From IMG/VR virus record IMGVR_UViG_3300032050_000032: a DNA stretch of 64,000 nucleotides. One strand, 5' to 3'. The notes under the pieces are model-generated. The model had not been told where the DNA came from. It saw only the letters and a program-made list of their open reading frames with translations, and did not search any database. Positions within the stretch are counted from its first letter, which is position 1. Each line of letters opens with the position of its first letter. Shown one piece after another: positions 40,506-50,451 of the stretch. The position numbers and the translations under genes are program-made. The DNA is from an uncultured virus (IMG/VR IMGVR_UViG_3300032050_000032). Its lineage: Duplodnaviria; Heunggongvirae; Uroviricota; Caudoviricetes.

Positions 40506-42045
40506 TAAAAATATATTTTATGGTGAGGTTAAAGATATTGACGATCCTAAAGGGATTGGTCGAATTCGTGTTGAACCTAAAATTGAATTAATTAAATACA
40601 TTTATCCTGTAGATTGGAATCCTAATATTGATAAGTGGACGATAAAGGATCCGTTGGTTTTTTTACCTTTATTACCTATGTATATTTCCCAAATACCAAA
40701 AGTTGGTGAATATGTTAATATCATATATGCCAATAACGAAGAAAGGTATGATGGTAATAAATTTTATATTCAAGGACCATTATCACGACCTTGGAATACT
40801 AAATTTGAAAACTACAACAACTCTCAGTCCGTATTAGCAAGTGGTGAAAAATTAAAACAGTCCGAATCAATTATTGATGCTCAAACAGGTAAAGTTAGGG
40901 TGACTCTTGAGGGAGTTTTCCCAAAACCTGGTGATAATGCATTTTTAGGTAGGGGTAGTAGTGATTTAGTTATGGTTGAGAACCCTAATGATGGTTCATC
41001 AAGTGCATTATTAAGATCAGGTAAATACCTACCTTCAGGTAATGATAATATACCTGTGGTAAAAAACGATGGAAGATCTTTCTTACAATTGTCAAGTTAT
41101 CAGTTAGAAAATGTTGAGGCGGGTACTGATGTTGTTGAAAGGGAGACATATGAGGACATCCAAACTAAATATTATGTTGAATGGTCGTTAGATAACTTAT
41201 CTCCAACCGCACTAACATATAACGGTAAAGTCAAATTATATTCATTACCAAAAGACAATGAAAACACAAAAGTTTCTCAAATAAACGAGTCAGTTGATAT
41301 ATTGGATGGTACAACAATAAAACCATTATATACTTTAACGTTTACGGGTAAGTCTTTAAATGATGCTGCCGAAATTGTTAACGACTTTATTAATGGAGTT
41401 AATGAAGGTAAAATACAAGTTGATGGGTACATTAATTATCCTGCGGGTGACGGAGAATCTATATCCGATCAATTCCCATTTTTTTATGGACCTAGTTACC
41501 AAACATACCAATATTTTAATGATATCAGTGATGTAATAAACGATTTCCAACATTGTCTAAAAGTTAAATTATTATATAATAAAATAACTTTAAGTAAGGG
41601 TTATACAGAAAGAGGTTCTGGTTTGGTATGGCAAAAAACACCACCAAAATTAGGTATCTTAAAAAACATTGTTAGAGAAGAAGTTAATAAAAGAGATTAT
41701 ATTTCAAACCCTATTACTTATTCAGTTATGGGAGGTGATAAGTTATATTTGTTAACACATAGATCAACAGATAAATTTGCAATTAATTTAAAAGATACAT
41801 TATATGGAATCCCACAACCAATGTTAGCGAATCAAATATACGATAACACTAATTCAATGGTTAGAGGTGAAGAGTTAATAAGTTTCTTAACCCTATTAAC
41901 AAGATTCGTTTTATTTCATGTTCATCCATTTCCTGGAGTACCTCCAGTACCAACCGCAAGTGACGGTACTTTAGCAAGTGAAATACTCCAAAAACTAGCA
42001 ACTGCAGATAATATCATTTTAAACAAAAATATTAGGATTAATTGA
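40495..42045 (+). CDS. Baseplate central spike protein (gp5/gpV-like)
   Basis: N-terminal OB-fold motif GEV.DIDDPKGIGRIRV...PKVGE.V; C-terminal HVH (HxH) apex motif. Confidence 0.7.
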   Translation: MLSNKNIFYGEVKDIDDPKGIGRIRVEPKIELIKYIYPVDWNPNIDKWTIKDPLVFLPLLPMYISQIPKVGEYVNIIYANNEERYDGNKFYIQGPLSRPWNTKFENYNNSQSVLASGEKLKQSESIIDAQTGKVRVTLEGVFPKPGDNAFLGRGSSDLVMVENPNDGSSSALLRSGKYLPSGNDNIPVVKNDGRSFLQLSSYQLENVEAGTDVVERETYEDIQTKYYVEWSLDNLSPTALTYNGKVKLYSLPKDNENTKVSQINESVDILDGTTIKPLYTLTFTGKSLNDAAEIVNDFINGVNEGKIQVDGYINYPAGDGESISDQFPFFYGPSYQTYQYFNDISDVINDFQHCLKVKLLYNKITLSKGYTERGSGLVWQKTPPKLGILKNIVREEVNKRDYISNPITYSVMGGDKLYLLTHRSTDKFAINLKDTLYGIPQPMLANQIYDNTNSMVRGEELISFLTLLTRFVLFHVHPFPGVPPVPTASDGTLASEILQKLATADNIILNKNIRIN

Positions 42046-42066
42046 TATTTATATTAAAAAGTATAA

Positions 42067-43536
42067 ATGTCAATTAACAATTCGTATTTCAGTAGAAACA
42101 ATACATTAATATCAGGTAGTATAACAAATACCGGAAGAAATCCTGTAATGGAATTATTTTATGGTAATGGTAGTATTGTAGATCCAATAGGTTTTAGTAG
42201 ATTTATTTTTAATTTAGATTTAAATCTATTAAAAGAAAAATATTCAGATGGGACAATACCTCCAATAAATTGTAATCCTAATATGGTTCACACTTTAAGG
42301 ATGACAAATACATCTTTTTTTGATAAAGAGTTACTTAACACATCAACATCAAGCGGTAGATTAAGAGCAACATCATTTGATTTAATTTTATTTAGAATAC
42401 CGTACAGAGATTTAGATCCTGATCAACCACAATATTGGGATGAAGGTGTTGGTTATGATTTTGCGGACTTAATGACTCAAGTACCTAATGATAAAAATTA
42501 TTCTACAAGATCGTCAAATTGGTACACATCATCAGGAATGACTAATTGGGAGCAAGCGGGAATATATAGTAATACAAATTCAGGGGTTTTTACCTTTAAT
42601 GATTTATATATTGTTGACACCCAACATTTTGAATTTGGTGATGAGAATATTGAATTTAATATGACATCTGAAATAAACGACATACTTCAGGGATTTTTAA
42701 CAAATGTTGCGGGTTGGGGGATTGCATATATGCCTCAGGTGGAACTTTTATCAGGGACAACTGGTACCTACGAAGTTGGTTTCTTTACAAGACATACTCA
42801 AACCTTTTACGAACCATTTTTAGAAACATCATTTAATGATATTATTGATGATGATAGAAATAGTTTTTCTTTAGGAAAATCTAATAAATTATATTTGTAT
42901 ATCTATGAAGACGGAGATTTTCAAAATTTAGATAATAACCCATCAGTTAGTATTGGTGACGGTAATGGTAACCCTATTGTTGGGTTAACTAATTTACAAA
43001 CCTGTAGAAGAGCTAAAGGAGTTTACGAGGTAGTAATACCTCCTTTACCTCCTGGTGGTTATCAGGTTCCTTGTACATTTACGGATACTTGGTCCAATAT
43101 AGTATTGAATGGTTTTACTCTTCCTAATGTTGTAAATGAATTTAATGTTTATCCACTAAAAAAATCTATTCAGATTGGGACGGAATCTCAACAACCAACA
43201 ATATATGGTTTTGATTATTATGGTATAAAACAAGATGAAAAAATACTTAATACCGATGTAAGAAAAGTTGGTGTTGTTATTAAAAAGGCATATACAACTA
43301 ATCAACTACAACCAAATGTTGATGCTTACTACAGAATATATGTTAAGGAAGGATCAACAGAAGTTAGGGTTCAAGATTGGACTAAAATTAATAGAACACC
43401 AAATGAATATTATTTTCTTTTTGATACGAGGGACAAAATTCCTAATGAATACTTTATTGATATTAAAGTATTATCGTCAGGTGAAGTTAATACATATAAA
43501 AAAGAAATAAAGTTTCAAATAGTAAATAAGAAATAA
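42067..43536 (+). CDS. Putative virion structural protein
   Basis: 489 aa beta-rich; TATTTAT upstream; follows the spike gene. Confidence 0.6.
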   Translation: MSINNSYFSRNNTLISGSITNTGRNPVMELFYGNGSIVDPIGFSRFIFNLDLNLLKEKYSDGTIPPINCNPNMVHTLRMTNTSFFDKELLNTSTSSGRLRATSFDLILFRIPYRDLDPDQPQYWDEGVGYDFADLMTQVPNDKNYSTRSSNWYTSSGMTNWEQAGIYSNTNSGVFTFNDLYIVDTQHFEFGDENIEFNMTSEINDILQGFLTNVAGWGIAYMPQVELLSGTTGTYEVGFFTRHTQTFYEPFLETSFNDIIDDDRNSFSLGKSNKLYLYIYEDGDFQNLDNNPSVSIGDGNGNPIVGLTNLQTCRRAKGVYEVVIPPLPPGGYQVPCTFTDTWSNIVLNGFTLPNVVNEFNVYPLKKSIQIGTESQQPTIYGFDYYGIKQDEKILNTDVRKVGVVIKKAYTTNQLQPNVDAYYRIYVKEGSTEVRVQDWTKINRTPNEYYFLFDTRDKIPNEYFIDIKVLSSGEVNTYKKEIKFQIVNKK

Positions 43537-43538
43537 TT

Positions 43539-45575
43539 ATGGCAGCTCTTAAAGATTTAACCGTTATAAAATGTTGTGTTGGTGACGCTAGACCAACAAA
43601 TATTATAGTTGACGATCCAATTAGTACAATAACAACAGGAAATACCTATTTATTTACGGTTTTAACTGAACCAAGAACTACCGATTGTTATAGAGTATTA
43701 ATAATAAAAGATACAACATCTCAAGTAACCGCAACACTTGATGAATCATATACATCTTGTGAAGAATGTTTAAGTGGAATTACCACTGCGGTAAGTGTTG
43801 TGGATTGTGTAAGAGGTGAAACATATTTTATTGATATCAATACTTTTACAACATTACCAACAATAGGTGACATTTATTATTTGTCAGTTTCAATAGAAGG
43901 GGAGATTAAATCGTTAGGTTGTGTAACTATTAGTTGTTTTGTTACACCAAGAGACGGAGATTTTATTTATTCTTTGACATCAATAAGTGATTCGTATACG
44001 GGTTGCACTGAATGTTTAATAAATAATTTTGCAACATATCAAGTCAATACCTGTTTAGATCCCTTTACATCTTATTACATTGAATTTCCTTCTGGTTTTG
44101 ATTACACTAATTATATTGTAACCTTTATTGATAGTTTTGGTGATATACAATGTGGTACTGTTGATAGTATTCAAACCACTGAAACTACAGGGACATTAAT
44201 TTCTATTTTAGGTACAAACGAGGAAGTAAGTTGTGATGAGTGTTTAGCAATTAGTAATGAAAAAAGAATTATAACAAATTGTTTAACACAAGAAGATGAA
44301 GTTGTATGGGGTTCTGTATTTTATGAAGGAAATGAAGTATCAAATCTCTCTACATCTGATGGGTGTTTTGAAGTGGGTGATTTAACAGAATCAGCGGTTA
44401 CTATTTCAACATTTTTAGATTATAACCCACAACCTGATTGTCAAGAATGTATTCAGTGTACGGGATTGTATTATACTTATTCAAGTTGTACTAACACAGG
44501 ATTAATCAATAATTTTTCATTTACATCACCAAATTCTTTACTTGGTGATGGTACATATGGTCCATTCACAGGTACAACAACGGGTAATGGGGTTGGTTCA
44601 GGTTTTTACGTTGACATTATGAGCGGAGTAGTCACTAGTGTTTCATTATCTAATAATGGGATTAGATATTCTGTAGATGACACAATAACTATCAATAAAG
44701 ATTTATTTGAGGGTAGTTTAGATTTAATAATAACAATTACCGATGTAGTCACAACAGGTGTTGTGTTTTCTTATCAATACGTTCAAAACCCAATTGGTAA
44801 AACATTTTATGTTCCACAACTTGATGATTGTGTTGAAATAACGGGTATTCAGGATATTAATGACTCATTCTATCCTGTTCTTAGTTTTGATGTTTTTGAA
44901 AGTTGTTCAGAATGTGAATTAAATGCTGATAATTCTTATATTTGGTTAACGAGAGAATGTGGTAGTGGTCAAAATAATATCGTCGTTTTAAATTCAAATT
45001 CATTCACAACAGGAGATTATGTGAAGGTAGTAAGAGGAACAACTGAATTTCAATGTCACGAATTAATATCCCCATATAACCCTGTAACTGATAATGCTAT
45101 TGTATCATATATTTCAAATACGGTAACACCATTTAGTGATTGCACATCTTGTAATAGTGGAACATTAATTGGTGCCTCTATTGTTAAATGTGGTGGTGGA
45201 GGACAACAGTTTGTTAATATCCCAATTGATATATGGAATATAATGACTTATTTTGACTCTCAATTAGTATTCGTCACTCAAAATTATGGACAATGTTATA
45301 TTTTATTAAACACTTGTCCATTAGAACCTAATTACACAACAATAACTCCTGTTTCAACATATTATAACTGTATTCAATGTACTTTTGATAATACAAGATT
45401 TCCAAGAAGTGCAAATACAGAAACACTAATTTGTGTTATTTGTTGTGATTGTGGATCAACAGGAAGTACAATAACTCAAGTTGCTCCTCCTCATCCTGTA
45501 TGGACAGATGGATATGGAACTGAGGTAACTCAAATGAATATGGTTACATTAGGCGGAAATGGGTTGAATAATTAA
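43539..45575 (+). CDS. Cys/Thr-rich repeat protein (repeated ~70-aa C...C...CxxC units)
   Basis: YTSCEEC, YTGCTEC, VSCDEC, PDCQEC, ESCSEC, SDCTSC, YNCIQC; C-terminal tail shared with the 45608 gene. Confidence 0.7.
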   Translation: MAALKDLTVIKCCVGDARPTNIIVDDPISTITTGNTYLFTVLTEPRTTDCYRVLIIKDTTSQVTATLDESYTSCEECLSGITTAVSVVDCVRGETYFIDINTFTTLPTIGDIYYLSVSIEGEIKSLGCVTISCFVTPRDGDFIYSLTSISDSYTGCTECLINNFATYQVNTCLDPFTSYYIEFPSGFDYTNYIVTFIDSFGDIQCGTVDSIQTTETTGTLISILGTNEEVSCDECLAISNEKRIITNCLTQEDEVVWGSVFYEGNEVSNLSTSDGCFEVGDLTESAVTISTFLDYNPQPDCQECIQCTGLYYTYSSCTNTGLINNFSFTSPNSLLGDGTYGPFTGTTTGNGVGSGFYVDIMSGVVTSVSLSNNGIRYSVDDTITINKDLFEGSLDLIITITDVVTTGVVFSYQYVQNPIGKTFYVPQLDDCVEITGIQDINDSFYPVLSFDVFESCSECELNADNSYIWLTRECGSGQNNIVVLNSNSFTTGDYVKVVRGTTEFQCHELISPYNPVTDNAIVSYISNTVTPFSDCTSCNSGTLIGASIVKCGGGGQQFVNIPIDIWNIMTYFDSQLVFVTQNYGQCYILLNTCPLEPNYTTITPVSTYYNCIQCTFDNTRFPRSANTETLICVICCDCGSTGSTITQVAPPHPVWTDGYGTEVTQMNMVTLGGNGLNN

Positions 45576-45607
45576 AATAATGTGATATTTATAAATAAAA
45601 AACAAAA

Positions 45608-46243
45608 ATGGCAAATTATATTGTAATAAGTTGTACTTCAGGTGAACAATCTATAATTAGTAGTACTACCACTCTTTACCCAAATAATATAATTGATTAT
45701 TATATTGGTGAAATAGGTCCATATTGTGGAAAAGTAATTTCTGTAACATTAGACACACAAGAAGGTGCGGGAGGTAATCATATATACACAGATTGTTGTG
45801 ATTGCATCCAAACAGAAATGGATGAATTAATTTCATTAGAATTTAATATATGTGGTGGTGATAAAATTTTGATAGAGTTATCAGGTTTTTGTACTACTTA
45901 TGGTGATATACCAAACTTGGGAGATGTCTTCCAATTTTCTAATCAATCAACTAATGAATCATTTTGTGCAACACATACAGGTTATTCTTCAGATCCAGGT
46001 GAACCCAATATAATTCCTGATGAAGGACCTTTTGGGGATTGTTGGGAGTGTGTCCCAAAAGATACTCCACCAAGAAGTGCAAGCACCGAATCTACCGTAT
46101 GTGTAATTTGTTGTGATTGTGGAGCAACTGGAAGTACAATAACACAGGTGTCTCCACCTCATCCTGTATGGACAGATGGATATGGTGCTTCCGTGACACA
46201 ATTAAATATGATTACCCTTGGTGGTAATGGATTAAATTCTTAA
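45608..46243 (+). CDS. Short paralog of the Cys-rich repeat protein
   Basis: Two CxxC units plus near-identical ~55-aa C-terminus. Confidence 0.75.
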   Translation: MANYIVISCTSGEQSIISSTTTLYPNNIIDYYIGEIGPYCGKVISVTLDTQEGAGGNHIYTDCCDCIQTEMDELISLEFNICGGDKILIELSGFCTTYGDIPNLGDVFQFSNQSTNESFCATHTGYSSDPGEPNIIPDEGPFGDCWECVPKDTPPRSASTESTVCVICCDCGATGSTITQVSPPHPVWTDGYGASVTQLNMITLGGNGLNS

Positions 46244-46249
46244 CGTATT

Positions 46250-46717
46250 ATGAAAACGGATTTAGTAAGTAGAGTAGTAAAAAGAGTTCTTAGAGAGACT
46301 CACGAAGAAAGTAATAGATATATGTTCTTTTCAAACCTTCAACAAATGAGAAGACAATGTGATATGTTGTTGGATATGGATCACTCTATGATTGAAGAAA
46401 TTCTTGAGAATGGTCACGATTGGGCTCAAGATCATATTTCTGAAGCGAAAAACAATATGGATCAAGTTTTTGATTTTTTAATGAATGAAACCAAAAAACA
46501 CGGAATGCAAATGTCAATGAATATTGATGATGATGATATGATGATGGAAGGACGTAAGAAAACAGGAACTAAATTATGTGCTCGTGGTAAAGCGGCAGCA
46601 AAATCTAAATTTGAGGTTTACCCTTCGGCATATGCTAATGGTTATGCGGTACAAGTATGTAAAGGTACAAAACCAGGATTAGACGGTAAAAAACATTGTT
46701 CAGGTTCATATTGTTAA
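46250..46717 (+). CDS. Hypothetical phage protein with C-terminal PSAYA-motif domain
   Basis: N-terminal VVKRVLRE; LCARGKAAAKSKFEVYPSAYANGYAVQVCKG. Confidence 0.7.
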   Translation: MKTDLVSRVVKRVLRETHEESNRYMFFSNLQQMRRQCDMLLDMDHSMIEEILENGHDWAQDHISEAKNNMDQVFDFLMNETKKHGMQMSMNIDDDDMMMEGRKKTGTKLCARGKAAAKSKFEVYPSAYANGYAVQVCKGTKPGLDGKKHCSGSYC

Positions 46718-46775
46718 TTTAACATTTGTCTTAACCAAATTTTTTTCATATATTTTAATCGTATAAATTAATAAT

Positions 46776-47198
46776 ATGAAAAAAAGAATAATTAGATTTT
46801 TTACTAGGTTAAAACTACGAATGTATTTATGGGCAAAAAGAAGTTCATTCATACCATCCCACGAAGATGAAGAGGTATCATACGAAAAAACTTGTTTTAA
46901 GATTTGTTTAAAAACAATCAAACACCCAACAACCAAATTTGACATTGCACCAATGTCTAACAAACGGTACATTGAGAATAAAGATATGGATATTTTTATC
47001 ACTATGGATTATGGTAGGGTAGATTTAACTAACCATGTATATCACTATAGCGTTAAATTAACTCATAGAGATTGGGAAAGGGTTACCCAAATTTTTGATA
47101 ATGAAGCGGAGAAAAGAAGATTAAATTACGAGGAAAAAATTAATTCTCAGATTAAAAATTCTCTACACAATGTATTAGAAAAAATTTCTAATCTTTAA
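46776..47198 (+). CDS. Hypothetical phage protein
   Basis: 140 aa ORF. Confidence 0.7.
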   Translation: MKKRIIRFFTRLKLRMYLWAKRSSFIPSHEDEEVSYEKTCFKICLKTIKHPTTKFDIAPMSNKRYIENKDMDIFITMDYGRVDLTNHVYHYSVKLTHRDWERVTQIFDNEAEKRRLNYEEKINSQIKNSLHNVLEKISNL

Positions 47199-47199
47199 T

Positions 47200-47230
47200 T
47201 TTGTTTTTTAGAAAAAAAATATTAGTTTTG
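47200..47230 (+). promoter_or_regulatory. Bacteroidota-type housekeeping promoter (-33/-7)
   Basis: TTTG (47200..47203)-N19-TAGTTTTG (47223..47230) fits TTTG-N19-21-TAnnTTTG, 21 nt before ATG 47252. Confidence 0.6.
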
Positions 47231-47251
47231 TAAATATAAAAACAAATAAAC

Positions 47252-47659
47252 ATGAAAAATCTATTTTTATTAATCGTATCTTTTTTAATGTCTTTTTATA
47301 GTTTCTCACAATTTAACTGTGATAGTATTCACTACATTGATGTGGAACCATTAGTAATTTATAAAAATGGAAAAGAAAAAACTCCAAAATATAATTATCT
47401 ATTTCATATGATGGCAGATATGGTACACCCATATAAACTATTTTCAAATGAAAAACCATATACTATAGTAGAAAAATCATTTGATGGTAACTGTGTGATT
47501 ATTGTAGCAATTAAGGATAATTTGTTTAAAACCAAATATGTATTCTCAATACCTGTTAAAGAAGGATTTGATTTTGTAGTCACTAAAAATAAAAAAGATT
47601 ATATTGTCTGCTCAAAATATAAGATTGAGATAGAAAAACAAAAAAAGGTAGTGTTATAA
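47252..47659 (+). CDS. Secreted hypothetical protein
   Basis: Signal peptide MKNLFLLIVSFLMSFYSFS|Q. Confidence 0.7.
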   Translation: MKNLFLLIVSFLMSFYSFSQFNCDSIHYIDVEPLVIYKNGKEKTPKYNYLFHMMADMVHPYKLFSNEKPYTIVEKSFDGNCVIIVAIKDNLFKTKYVFSIPVKEGFDFVVTKNKKDYIVCSKYKIEIEKQKKVVL

Positions 47660-48958
47660 CTACCTTTTTTTAGGTTTGTCACCATATTTCCAGTCAATCA
47701 TTGAGCAATATGGGTTTAAGAAATCAAAATCAGATTGTTTTTGTCTTTCAATGTCAATAGAGTACTCCTCATATTTTTTAGTTGCCATCGTATCATAATC
47801 AACCATTTTTGTATTACAATTTAATTCTACCCTACCAAAAGTACTCATTACTTTTGAAGATTCAACAATTTTTCTACCAACATTATCATAACCATACCAA
47901 ACCTCATATCCTTTTTGTACACTAATATTGGTGTTATCTATTGGGGTAATCATTTTTCTATCCCACAATTTATCTACCATAAACATCTGAGGAGTTTCCT
48001 TTTTTAATCCCATTGAGGTTTCTTCGTTAAGAATTTTTTTTACAATTCTAACTAATTCAGATTCTGTCAATCTAATTGTTTTCATATTTTCATTTGTTTT
48101 TTTTCTTGGTTTATAAGATGTCATAATTGGTTTTTGTCCTTTACCTGTTTGAGTGTCTTTTTTCTCGGCTTTTCTTTTTTGTTGACAAGCCGCTTTTTTT
48201 GCTGAGTCACTCATTTTACCCGCAACACCTACTGCACGACATTTAGGATATGCACCACTGTCGGAATCACTTCTTCCACAAGGTGGATGTTTTCCATTTA
48301 CCTTACGACAAATATCAACCCATGGACCTTTTGGTTGTTTAGATCCTTTTGGTTTTTTCTTTGTACCAAACCATACCGCTAAATCCTCTTTAATAGTGTG
48401 AACATCATGATCATCTTGTTTGTAAGTCCCGTCAGGATTTTTTTCCCAAACGCCAACTTGTTTTTTGATGTTGTTTTTCATGGTTTTTTGTTTTTTCTTA
48501 TGATTAATTTCAGTATCAACAAATTCTGTGAATGGAGCCAACAATTGAGGTTTCCATTTTTTAAGTCCAAGTTCTATTGGTCCGGAATATTCTCCCGCAG
48601 ATATTGATGTTGAACTTTCTTTAATGGGAACAAATTTTTTTCCTTTTCCTGGTGTTGGGTTTATAATATCCCCATCATCATCATTTTGAATTGGGTGATT
48701 TTTGAGATACTTTGTAGATTTCTCAGCCTTACCCTCAATTTTTTTAATTTGTTTCTTGGTTTCACTCATTTTACCGTCGTAACTATCATAATCTAATAAT
48801 GGACTATCATAGTTAGAAACCTTTTCTGTAAATGGAGCTAACTGTGTTTTATCAAATTTTTTTAAACCAGGTCTTAATGGTACAACAAATGAACCTCTAG
48901 ATCCACTACTATCTGAAGTTGCCTCCCTTAAAATTTTTTTTATAATATCATTTAACAT
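47660..48958 (-). CDS. Basic multi-segment protein, putative capsid-internal/protease-processed
   Basis: Start moved to MLNDIIKKILREA (ATG 48958); WVDIC...PCGR...YPKCR domain; internal IRLTESELVRIVKKILNEE. Confidence 0.65.
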   Translation of the reverse strand: MLNDIIKKILREATSDSSGSRGSFVVPLRPGLKKFDKTQLAPFTEKVSNYDSPLLDYDSYDGKMSETKKQIKKIEGKAEKSTKYLKNHPIQNDDDGDIINPTPGKGKKFVPIKESSTSISAGEYSGPIELGLKKWKPQLLAPFTEFVDTEINHKKKQKTMKNNIKKQVGVWEKNPDGTYKQDDHDVHTIKEDLAVWFGTKKKPKGSKQPKGPWVDICRKVNGKHPPCGRSDSDSGAYPKCRAVGVAGKMSDSAKKAACQQKRKAEKKDTQTGKGQKPIMTSYKPRKKTNENMKTIRLTESELVRIVKKILNEETSMGLKKETPQMFMVDKLWDRKMITPIDNTNISVQKGYEVWYGYDNVGRKIVESSKVMSTFGRVELNCNTKMVDYDTMATKKYEEYSIDIERQKQSDFDFLNPYCSMIDWKYGDKPKKR

Positions 48959-48996
48959 TTTAACAAACTTGTCTATTATTATAAATATCAAACAAT

Positions 48997-49221
48997 ATGG
49001 AAATGAGTGAAGAACAATCGGAAATTTATGGTAATCTATTTGGGACAATAAATCTTTTAACTGAAGAACATTTAGATATGATTTTATCAACAATAGATAG
49101 TAATCATTCCATTTACTATCTAGTTGAGGCAGTTAAGGCTGCTCATAGTAGAGGTGCGTTCACAATTGGGGAGTCTGAGGTAATATCTAAATCAATTAGG
49201 GTTCTAACAAAGAATCAGTAA
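48997..49221 (+). CDS. Hypothetical phage protein
   Basis: 74 aa filling the gap; NLFGTI...GAFTIGESEVISKSIR. Confidence 0.6.
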   Translation: MEMSEEQSEIYGNLFGTINLLTEEHLDMILSTIDSNHSIYYLVEAVKAAHSRGAFTIGESEVISKSIRVLTKNQ

Positions 49222-49236
49222 ATTGGAGATAATTTC

Positions 49237-50355
49237 TTATCTCCACACTTTACTCATTGTACCATCTTCATATACCTCAATATATATACCATTTGAAGAA
49301 AATTCTGTAACTTCTTTCCCCATTAAATCAATGATTTTAATAACTTTCTTTTCTTTAACTTGGTTATTAATTAATATTGGACCGTATATAGTATATTTAC
49401 CGTCAAAGTCATATTGTAACAATCTATAATAGGTTAAATTATTACCATACTTTGTGTCTAATAAACTATATTCCATTACTTGATTACTATTACCCGCAGC
49501 ACCAACTTTATCAACTGTAGTGTATTTTTCACCATCAATTGTGGATTGAATTAAAAAATAATCTGAATTGTGCTCTGATGCAGTTTTCCATAATAAAAGG
49601 TTACCTTCCTCAGTTGACATACCATCAAATGACATCAACTCAACAGGTAGGGGATCCTCATCTATTAATTCCATATCATCAATTACCCACCATTCACCAT
49701 AATTAGAACCACCATAATTTGATCTCATATCTATTCTAATTTGTATTTGACTAATATTTGTTAATAATAAGTTATATGTAGAATACCCAAATCCGGTATT
49801 TTCTTGATTACCCGCAGATATTGGTCTATATGTATTTGGTAATCCATTGGCAGTTTCATTAATAATTCCAGTTGCATCAAAACTCCAGTATGAGTTTGAC
49901 CACCCTTTAATTATAGACTCAATTTGATATGGTCCGTTATTTACCGAAACTCTTACCGTTACAGAATCGGTAACGTCTAAACCACTTCCTGAAAACCCTG
50001 TAATATTTTCAGCGTACGCCATAAGTTTAAAAGTAAATCTATATAGTTTATTAGGATTCAATCCAGTTATGTTAGGTAATTGATATCTTTCATATTCACT
50101 TCCTGAACCTGACCCCCCAAGACCAAATAAACCAAATGAACTACTATTACTAACATATAGAGGTTTATTTGATGGTCCATCTGAAATTGATGTTGTCCCA
50201 CCTAAATATGTTGAAAATATGTTTGGGAACTGAGGGTTCGTTGAAAACCCAAACCAGTTATACCCAGATACTTCACAATTATCATTATATAATACTGTTT
50301 GTCCGTTTATTACGGAACTTATTAATAACATTAAAAATAGTAATATTTTTTTCAT
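49237..50355 (-). CDS. Secreted protein resembling Bacteroidota T9SS cargo
   Basis: Start MKKILLF (ATG 50355); signal peptide ending ING|Q; PLPVEL.SF...L.W.TASE.N...F.I..S.DG...YYRL.Q.D.DG Ig-like domain; C-terminal IIDLMGKEV...GIYI..Y.DG...K. Confidence 0.7.
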   Translation of the reverse strand: MKKILLFLMLLISSVINGQTVLYNDNCEVSGYNWFGFSTNPQFPNIFSTYLGGTTSISDGPSNKPLYVSNSSSFGLFGLGGSGSGSEYERYQLPNITGLNPNKLYRFTFKLMAYAENITGFSGSGLDVTDSVTVRVSVNNGPYQIESIIKGWSNSYWSFDATGIINETANGLPNTYRPISAGNQENTGFGYSTYNLLLTNISQIQIRIDMRSNYGGSNYGEWWVIDDMELIDEDPLPVELMSFDGMSTEEGNLLLWKTASEHNSDYFLIQSTIDGEKYTTVDKVGAAGNSNQVMEYSLLDTKYGNNLTYYRLLQYDFDGKYTIYGPILINNQVKEKKVIKIIDLMGKEVTEFSSNGIYIEVYEDGTMSKVWR

Positions 50356-50399
50356 AATCTTTTTTATATAAATATAACTCATTATAAATTATCATAAAT

Positions 50400-50429
50400 A
50401 AAAAAAGGAGACAATTTCTTGTCTCCTTT
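50400..50429 (-). terminator. Rho-independent terminator after the major capsid gene
   Basis: aaaggagacaa-tttc-ttgtctccttt perfect stem; A-tract gives a U-tract on the minus strand. Confidence 0.85.
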
Positions 50430-50451
50430 GAGGATTATTTTAAGTTATTGA

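Noticed and set aside
45400..46243. DGR-like repeated 3' ends of the two Cys-rich genes
   Set aside because: Differences are mostly synonymous third positions rather than A-to-N
48959..49093. 45-aa N-terminal extension of the 47660 ORF
   Set aside because: Overlaps the 48997 gene; ATG 48958 follows the TATTTAT motif
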